Assembly: GCF_006345805.1 (NCBI RefSeq)
Contig: NC_043005.1
Span: 90,148,001 to 90,212,000 of the forward strand
Origin: Octopus sinensis
Lineage: Eukaryota
DNA: 64,000 nt
Direction: 5' to 3'
The notes under the pieces were generated by a model, which worked only from the letters and a program-made list of their open reading frames with translations, had not been told where the DNA came from and ran no database searches. The stretch's first letter is position 1; the number at the start of each line of letters is the position of its first letter. Below are positions 55,442-64,000 of this stretch, piece by piece. A program made the translations under genes and the position numbers.

Positions 55442-56613
55442 TATGTATATATATATATATATACACTTTATGAACATTTTAGGCTTGGAGGGAAGCATGG
55501 AGCAAAAGAACACTACACAAACACTTACAATGAGAGAGAAACAGGAGGAGGAGGGATTGTAGAAGGAATAAGTGACAGAATAAATGATAATTTTTTTAAT
55601 AGTGGAACTTGAAATATGTAAAGCTATAAACAATATTATGTAGAATATTGTGTTGGAAAAACACTTGAAGTCTGTCCTGTCTCACAAGCAACCTTCACCT
55701 TTTTCCCATCCAAAGGATTTTTAAACCCAATACTCTTCAAGCTATTATCTTGAAATTCTAAATTCTTATAATGCAATAGAAGATATTTCTCTTTTGAAAA
55801 TTAACATTCATTTAATCTTTTTGTTTAAGCACCTAAAAATTTGATGAGTGTTGAATTATTGAATGATTGCCATATTCAGACACCACTGTGTTAATGTATA
55901 AGTTACCCATCATATGATGAGTGAAACTCAAATGTATGCATATATATAGTTTGTCAGAAGGGAAACAATAGCTTCATAGTGTGTGTGTGTGTATTGAAAT
56001 GAAATTTTAATTCAAACTTCTTTGCAAGTTTTATCACTTGTAACTGAAGTTTCATACCTCAGCATAATCTTATTATCTTGTCTCACCTTGAAAAACACTC
56101 ATCTAGATTTAGTGCCTATATCTTGTTTCTGTATTGTCAGGAGAGAATGGAGGAGAGAGACATTGTTAAGATGCCATCTGCTCAAATGATTTGCTCGTCA
56201 TAGATAAAGAAAGTGGGAAGTGATTGAATCATCAAATCACAAAACAGAATAATTTTTGGCCTATAATTTAGAGCCATCTGTCACCCATTCATGAATACGG
56301 CTTGGTAGTAACATGTATCAGCTGAAGCTTTGTGATAGGTTGCACATCTAGCCATAGAAAAATTTGATTTGAGCCATGCAAGCATAGAGAATTGGACAGT
56401 AAAAATGGTCCTGATATATATACGTGTGTGTATATGAGAAGTATGTATATATATATACATATGTGTGTGTATGTACGTACATATATATATATAACATACA
56501 TATGAAATACACAGCTTTATTTTGAGATTGCTAATGTTGACAATACTCGCAAATGAAATACAGACTGGAGTTGTAGCGCTCCAAGTGAGCTATATTCTGC
56601 TTAATAATCAGAA

Positions 56614-56852
56614 TGGTGGCAATGCAAGCAGAAACCAGAGGAACATAATTAATAACCACACTCAAAATCAAATAGATACATATATTCTTCTACATTTATA
56701 AAACGGATATAAACATTCCAAATATATTTATTTTCATATTTTTATATTTGGAATGTTTATATACGTTTTATAAATGTAGAAGAATATATGTATCTATTTG
56801 ATTTTGAGTGTGGTTATTATGTTCCTCTGGTTTCTGCTTGCATTACCTCCAT
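56614..56852. repeat. Long palindrome, ~110-bp arms, ~17-bp spacer
   Basis: 56614-56725 is the reverse complement of 56743-56852 with a few mismatches and one small indel. Confidence 0.9.
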
Positions 56853-56883
<31 letters not shown>

Positions 56884-56972
56884 ATATTGTATAATACTTT
56901 GGCTATGGTGCTTCTAATATATTCTTTAGTCATATAAAACAATTAGTTTCTATGTATTGAACATCTGTCTGT

Positions 56973-57953
56973 TGTTAGTAACCTGCAAACGACCGTGCGA
57001 AGAAGAGGTGAAGAGAGTGGCTCCTTTAGTACACCACACGGTCGACTATAATAAATACGAAAAGGATGAATGAGTACAGGTGCCAGAAGGAAAAGAGAGA
57101 CACAACCGAATAGAATGTTTAAGAGAAAGATTTTATTTAGGTGATAACGTGTGTGTATGCGTCATATATACATGATAATAGACAGGCCGTCATGAGAACA
57201 AAGTGTGTGTACAAACATGGACGTATGCGTGTGCGATAAGTACAAAGCATTGAAAGAGTCTATAACATGACGTTAGAAGAATGTTCAGACACAAGGATGA
57301 TAAATACCAGTTCGTAGTCAAGGTACATGATAGTCAAAATGCTGTAACAAGAAGTTGAGGCGAAGAAGCAGAGCCTGTGCGGTACGTGTCGTACAAGAAG
57401 TTGTGGCTACGATGCTGCTGCCGGTCACTTGGTACAAGGATTTCTCGCAGGTTGTATTTGCTGTTAGCCATGGTGAAGTGATTCACGAACAGTGTTGTGT
57501 TGGAACCTGTGTGAATGTTGCTTATTGCTGTGTACGTAGAGAGATGATGTTGACGACATTAAGAAGATGATGGCGACAGAGATGGAGATCCTGAATGCTG
57601 CTGGACGAAGTTGATGAGTCTCCATGTGGCTGCTGTTGTGTTGCTGCTGGAACTGGCTGTGTCCTGTGTGGTCAGTGGCTAGACCTCAAAAGGTCTGGAA
57701 CTGAAAGACATCAACTTGATGTGTCGCTGAAGTTTTATAGGGAGCAGTCGGTGCAAACTGAGGTTTAGAAGAGACTGTCTCATGTGACCTTATCAGAAGG
57801 CTGCGGTTGGTTGGGTTGCATATTGGTGTGCAATAGAGCAAGAGACAACTTGCACCAATACCAACCAATCAGAGTAGTGGACACAACAGGGTCCAAAAGG
57901 GTGGCCGAAGGTTAGCTGTTATCTACTACGTCCATATTTGTGTGTATATAACA
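56973..57953 (-). mobile_element. Probable solo LTR (~980 bp)
   Basis: TGTTA...TAACA ends. Minus-strand TATA (CTATAAAA, 57733-57740) and AATAAA (57132-57137) in U3-R-U5 order. CpG-rich compared with flanks. No TSD recognised. Confidence 0.5.
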
Positions 57954-58469
57954 GAAAGAGAGAGGAATTTAACTAAGCGTACACTACAAACCTTTTGTCT
58001 GTGGAATGACTTAAACCCAGTATTTTACGTCAGTGAGTTGTTCACAGTGGAGCCATTGGTTACAGTAATGATTGATACCACATTGAAGTGGTAACTCTGG
58101 TATACTTGTATTAAGAGCAGAATATGTTGGACACTGATAAGGACATGCCACAGGGAAAGAACAGGATGCAGCCCAGCAGTCTGATAACTGGTTATTTAGA
58201 ATCAAAATGACTTTGACATCTCTGCTCTCATTATAAGTGAATGTGGAATGGCAGCACACTGAACAGGATCTTGCGCTTTACTCTGTGATTGATGCTTAAC
58301 ACCATGATACTCTATCTACTTAGGGAGTCATCATGTGCATACAAAGGATAATAGTAAAGGCAGGGAGCTTCTTACAATGTGAGTAGGAAAATGTTTATTG
58401 ACCTTTGTATATTTCAGGGACAAAAGGTTCGTTGTTAGGAGTAAACAAAGTAAAGAGAAGTAACAGGTG

Positions 58470-58850
58470 CAGTTAAGGTCGTGTGGTAAGAAGTTTGCTT
58501 TCCAACCACATGGTTCTGGGTTCAGTCCCACTTCATGACACCTTGGGCAAATATCTTTTACTATAGCCTCAGACCAACTAAAGCCTCGTGAGTGGATTTG
58601 GTAGATGGAAACTGAAAGAAGCCTGTCTTGTATGTGTGTGTGTGTTTGTTCCCCACCACCACTTGACAACCAGCATTGGTGTGTTTATGTCCCCTTAACT
58701 TAGTGGTTTCATAAAAGAGACCCCATAGAATAATTACTAGGCTTGAAAAAAAAAGTGCTGGGATCAGTTCATTCAACTAAAATTCCTCCAGGTGGTGCCC
58801 CAGCATGGTCGCAGCCTAATGAGTGAAACAAGTAAAAGATAAAAGATAAG
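58470..58850 (+). mobile_element. Family-A SINE (older copy)
   Basis: Colinear with 9241-9621, with CpG decay. Confidence 0.75.
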
Positions 58851-58898
58851 ACCCAAGAAACGTTAGTCTGTATTGTACGAGCTGTGTTGGTTGTTGTG

Positions 58899-59196
58899 AT
58901 CCTTCTCAAGCCATGCCTGGCTCATAAGGGCTGGTTTCCCAGTTTCCTTGGCGTATAAGTTCCCCATCTGGATGAGACGCCAATCTGTCGCAGGTGAGCT
59001 GCAAGATGCAGGGAGGAAAGAGTGAGAGAAAGTTGTGGCGAAAGAGTCAGCAGAAGTTCACCATTACCTTCTGCCGGAGTCGCGTGGAGCTTAGGTGTTT
59101 CGCTCATAAACACACACATCACCTGGTCTGAGATTTGAACCTGCGATCCCTCGACTGCGAGTCTGCTGCTCTAACCACTAGACCATGTGCTTCCAC
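58899..59196 (-). mobile_element. tRNA-derived SINE (family-D relative) with 14-bp TSD
   Basis: TGTTGGTTGTTGTG at 58885-58898 and 59197-59210; tRNA-like head. Confidence 0.85.
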
Positions 59197-61351
59197 TGTT
59201 GGTTGTTGTGTGGACTGTGACTCCATAATGTCCGTGCCATTGATGGTGGCACCAAAGGGTGATTACTGTTTAATTCTGATGATGTGACTTTCTGTCTGGA
59301 TTATCTAAAGCTTATTATTAAACCGTTTCCTCTTCAGATTATTACATGCCATCTGTCTTCGTTATTCCTTTGTTATCAAAATGCTTCATGCTAGCCACAA
59401 CACTCTTCTTATAGAAATAGTTATTTCTTTAGGTAAAACACAAACTAACTTTTGTAGCAGAAAGTGTAAACAGCAACTGAATTGATCCCAGTGTATGACT
59501 GGTACTTGCAATAAAATTGGTTTGAGCACAGAACAGAAAAGATATAAAGTCAAAATCTAAATGCTGTTTTCTTGGTAACTAATCTGGAGTTTTACCATTT
59601 TTGTCAGTTATGTGATAATGTTAACTGTTAACTTGATAATGATAATTGTAATTGAAGTAGCAGCTGCCCCTTACTAATCTGAAAGCAGACTTTGGATATT
59701 GTATTCAAAATACATTATTGCAATAAATAAAGAAGTAAAAAAAAGGGGGGGCAAGTTGGCAGAACTGTTAGCAGGTTGGACAAAATGCTTGCTGGCATTT
59801 TGCTCGTCTTTATATTCAGAGTTCAAATTGCTTGCTGATTTTTACAATGTAGCTCATTGTGTGTGTGTGCCTTTGTGGTAACTCTGGTATTCGTATTCTT
59901 GTATCAGCAAGAGCAAAATATATTGGACACTGTAGGAATAGGATGCAAAGCTCCAATATGATAACTGGTAGACTCGTATCAACAAGAGCTTGAGATGTTG
60001 GACACAGATAAAGATACAGCACAGCGTTAGTAACAAGACTCTTGGTAGTCTCCTGAGTTTCATCATCATCATCATCACCGTTTAACGTCTGCTTTCCATG
60101 CTAGCATGGATTGGACGATTTTGACTGAGAGCAGTCAAACCAGATGGCTGCACCAGGCTCAAATCTTGATCTGGCAGAGTTTCTACAGCTGGATGCCCTT
60201 CCTAACACCAACCACTCCAAGAGTGTAGTGGGTGCTTTTTACATGCCACCAGCACTGGGCCAGTCAGGTGGTACTAGCAATGATCTTGCTCGAATCTTTT
60301 TACACATGTCACTGGCACAGGTGCCAGTAAGGTGAAGTTTGAGAAAGACAATTCTGCAATTTCTTAGCAAACAATCTGCAGATGATTTGTTTATAGGGAT
60401 CAAATGTTTTTACTGTACATTCGCTCTTTCCTTCCATCGCACCAACATTGCTGATAGAAGTGCAGAAAGTGAGGACACATCGGATATTGAAAAGATTGCA
60501 GAGCAACGTGAAATAAAGTGTTTTGCTCTAGAACAAAACATCACTGACTAGTCTGGGAATCAAAATCAAGATACAACCCACTCATCTGATAACTGGTTGT
60601 TTAGCGCCATAATGACTTTGACATCTTTGCTCTTATTAACACTATAAGTGTTAATAAGTGGGAATGGCAGGAAACCGAAATGAAACCAAATCTTCATGAT
60701 TTAGATAACAGGATCTTTGATACTCAACAAGTCATCACATGCAGATAATAAGTTATAGGGAAGGCGGAGAGCTTCTAACAATGGGATAACAAAAAGAATA
60801 TAATTAACTCCTATGTCTTTCAGGCACAAAAGCCCATCATCAGAAGTAAACAACCAAGAAATGTTTGTACATTGCCAGCCATGTTAAATTGATGTGTGGA
60901 CAGTAATTCCACAGTATCCATGAGAGTGGTGGCAGCAATTGGTAATTGCTGTGAATTTCGAAGTGCCTTTATTCCTGGAATATACAGAAGGTTATTAAAC
61001 TGTTTCTATCCCAGCATGACAAACAGGAACATGGTTTTGATGAAAAGGGCACTGACCCTAAATAAGATCTGGCTCAGATTGTAACAACCTATCCAACCCA
61101 TGCCAGCACTGGAAATGGTTAGTTCACATCACTCCATAAGGAGAATGGGGCTGGTTTCTCAGTTTCTCTGGTGTGTGTATACTTCCTTGGACGGCACCCC
61201 AGTCTGTTGGAGGATGACTCATTTTTATCAGCTGAGTGGACTGGAGCTATGTGGAATGAAGTGTTTTGCTCAAGAACACAAGCACACTACCAAGGAATTG
61301 AAACCACAATCTTACAATCAGGCACATTCAGCACTGGAAATACCGGCATAA

Positions 61352-61500
61352 GATAATGATGAAGATGGTGATAATGATGATGATGATGTTTATGATGATT
61401 ATGATGATGATGTTGTTGATGATGATGATGATGATGATGATGATTATCATTACGACAATAACAAAGATGATGATGAGGAGGAGGAGGATGAAGTGCAGGA
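61352..61500. repeat. Degenerate (GAT)n trinucleotide tract
   Basis: About 50 imperfect GAT/GAG units. Confidence 0.9.
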
Positions 61501-62255
61501 AGAGGATTTCTAGTATGAGCATCATGTGATCACCTGATCGACCAGACTATCACCTGTTGTTATACATCACTAGTCACAATGCACTTTGCATCATTTTAGC
61601 TTTTGAATGATGCCACCCCACTAACTAGGTGAGCAGGCCAACATTCCACCCCCGGCCACTGATCAGAAGGCTAGTCCATCACCGGAGGGTGACCCGATTG
61701 CAGCTGAGTTGCTTGGAGCAAAATGAAATGAAGTGTTTTGCTCAAGAACAGAATGTACTGCATGGTCCAGGAATCGAACCCACAGTCTAGTAATTGTGAG
61801 TGCAGCATCTTAACCACCAGGCCACTCACCCTCACCAGTATTAACATAATGCTCCAAATTTTGGCAAGGTGGAGTTGGAGAGAAGCAGGACTGCAGAATA
61901 CTTTCATTGGCAGAACTATCCATCTATTGGTGATTTATTCAATAAGGCTTCAGAGGTAGGAAGGAGAGAGAAATAGTTTTTTTGTAGCAGGCTTTTTCCC
62001 AGGCCTATTAACGGATTAGCAGAAGGGAAAAAATGAGCTACGACTGAGAAGGGAAACTGGGTCACAGATTTGGTTCAGTGGGAACTTCACTTCTTACTCT
62101 CTGTCACTCACCATGATATCCTGATACAACATGCATACATATCACACTTATGTGTTTATACGTGTAAGACATATACACATTTAGACATACAAGATTACAT
62201 ACACTCACACATATATGTACACATACATACATACATATGTATATATACACATTGC

Positions 62256-62300
<45 letters not shown>

Positions 62301-62584
62301 TACATACATATACGTACATACACACATACACACACATGCATACATATCTATAAATATAAATACATAAACACATATATATATATACAAACGTGTGTGTGTG
62401 TGTGTATATATATATATAATATATATATATATTATATATATATATATAATATATATAAGTAATACTAAGCAATAAGGGTTTAGCAACGAGTTGCCTTACC
62501 ACATACCGAATTTAGAAATAGCAGTCAAAGGGTTATAGCTATTTCTTCTACTAAAAAGGGAGATCTCAGTAAAAACAGCATTTA

Positions 62585-63531
62585 AGGTGCGATGAATAAA
62601 TTGTCATCTAAATTATGCAAAAATGAAAATAACACTCACATCTCATTTTAAAAGATATATTTACCAAAATTACATAAAAATATCTTGGAATGCTAAAGAG
62701 TAAATTTATTCAATAAAATCGCCATTGGCTTCATCAATAGCCTCCAGACGACTTCAGAATCTCCTGCAACTCTTTTGGGCGGTCTCCTTGTTTAAACTGG
62801 TGAATACTGCCATAATCCTTGCCTTCAGTTCATCTTTGGTGTTACAAGGAATTTTTGTTGGTCTCTCACTCAACTGTACCCCACACATAATAATCAAGGG
62901 TGTTGCAGTCTGGGGAGTTAGCTGGCCAGATGTTAGGGGTGATGTGGTCTAGGAAATCGTCTGACAACCATATTTATAGATATGTATGCATGTGTGTGTA
63001 TGTGTGTATGTACGTATATGTATGTATGTGTGTGTGTATATATATATATATGACTGGGTTCTCCTGCTTGTGTGGCATGGTGCAGAGTCGTGTTGCCAGA
63101 CAGGGTCTTCCAGCAGCCACCCTCTTGACCCAGGGCAGCACTACCGCCTCCAAGCACTTGATGTAGGCCTTCATGTTGAGTCTGAGGCTGCGTGGTAAGA
63201 TGAATGGAGGCATAACGTCTCCATCATTAGTGATCCCTCCAAACACCAAGATGTTGAGTGGATGTTTGATTTTTATCACTCTTGGTGCATGTCCTCAAAT
63301 TGACACCCAAACACTGTGAAATGTTCATATTGCAGCTTCCAGTGTGAATGCCAAGCAATACAGAAAGTCGTTTCCAAATTTCTGGCAAAGTGAATTGTGC
63401 CATGGTGCTGTTTTTCACACAGAGTGCCCAACTGACCCTACTATACTGTGTAGTTGACAGAATCAACAACAAGCAATGCACATGTGCAATATTAAAAATA
63501 TAAAATGGCAACAATTTACCCATTGCACCCT
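62585..63531 (-). mobile_element. Internally deleted Tc1/mariner-superfamily element, DD37D (maT) type
   Basis: TA flanks and imperfect ~21-bp TIRs. After removing an 85-bp insert and one frameshift it reads WQQDSAPCHTSRRTQSWLSDDFLDHITPNIWPANSPDCNTLDYYVWG, with 37 residues between the second and third Asp. Confidence 0.82.
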
Positions 63532-63563
63532 TAATATATACACACATATATGTATGTTTTATA

Positions 63564-63595
<32 letters not shown>

Positions 63596-64000
63596 CTTCT
63601 TTAGCATTAATGTAGTACAATAGTTTTCGTGTGTATATGTGTATGTGATATGCATATATACATGTATGCATGTATGTATACATGTATATATGTATACATA
63701 CATGCATTGAAAGGAGAGAAGAAGATAAGGAAATAATGTATTATATAATTGGGCAGGTAGGTAGATAAGCTTTTGTTTTAAACATAAATATGTTATATAT
63801 AATTATACGTAACAATATATGTGTATACACATTCATAGGTAGATAATTAAATACACAGGTATACATACATACACACACACACTCACATATACACACACAG
63901 AAACAGCAAGTGTTCATCCCACTGACTCCCTCTGAATTTCTCTTCAACACCCACCACGTGCTCACAAAAGCCAAACATGACACCCAGGTATGCCAATGTA

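Noticed and set aside
61352-61513. Asp/Glu-rich open frame (DNDEDGD...EEDF*)
   Set aside because: In-frame TAA immediately upstream, no ATG or acceptor; explained by (GAT)n decay.
62070-62502. ORF-track proteins rich in YI/HT/CV (also 37860, 48930, 49328, 54147, 63227)
   Set aside because: Translations of dinucleotide and tetranucleotide microsatellites.

Overview
AT-rich eukaryotic genomic DNA, most likely from an octopus or other coleoid cephalopod. This is inferred from the dense tRNA-derived SINEs, RTE-LINE 3' ends with (GAT)n tails and abundant (TA)n/(CA)n/(TACA)n tracts; it was not tested by search. The dominant feature is one spliced minus-strand gene, RIF1. I traced 25 GT-AG coding exons from an ATG at 43545 down to 1913. 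Splice phases are consistent throughout and give 1074 uninterrupted codons covering the N-terminal HEAT/ARM domain and the start of the disordered region. The gene probably continues past base 1. A probable non-coding first exon and an E2F/CCAAT promoter lie at about 48.0-48.2 kb. The rest is intron or intergenic DNA packed with mobile elements: several SINE families, RTE and CR1-group LINE fragments, a deleted piggyBac with TTAA MITEs, non-autonomous Helitrons, a DD37D (maT) Tc1/mariner relic and a probable solo LTR. I found no evidence of a new multi-gene system. The most unusual signals are (i) hammerhead-ribozyme-like motifs at 49.4-50.1 kb, two with a variant CCGANGA core, partly inside a fold-back element; (ii) locally templated inverted duplications or insertions at 29.0-29.5, 56.6-56.9 and 63.0 kb; (iii) inverted repeat pairs in RIF1 introns that could form dsRNA; and (iv) weak hints of an unannotated plus-strand spliced transcript at 58-61 kb. 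All alignments and identities were judged by eye. Comparisons with human RIF1 are from recall and need confirming.
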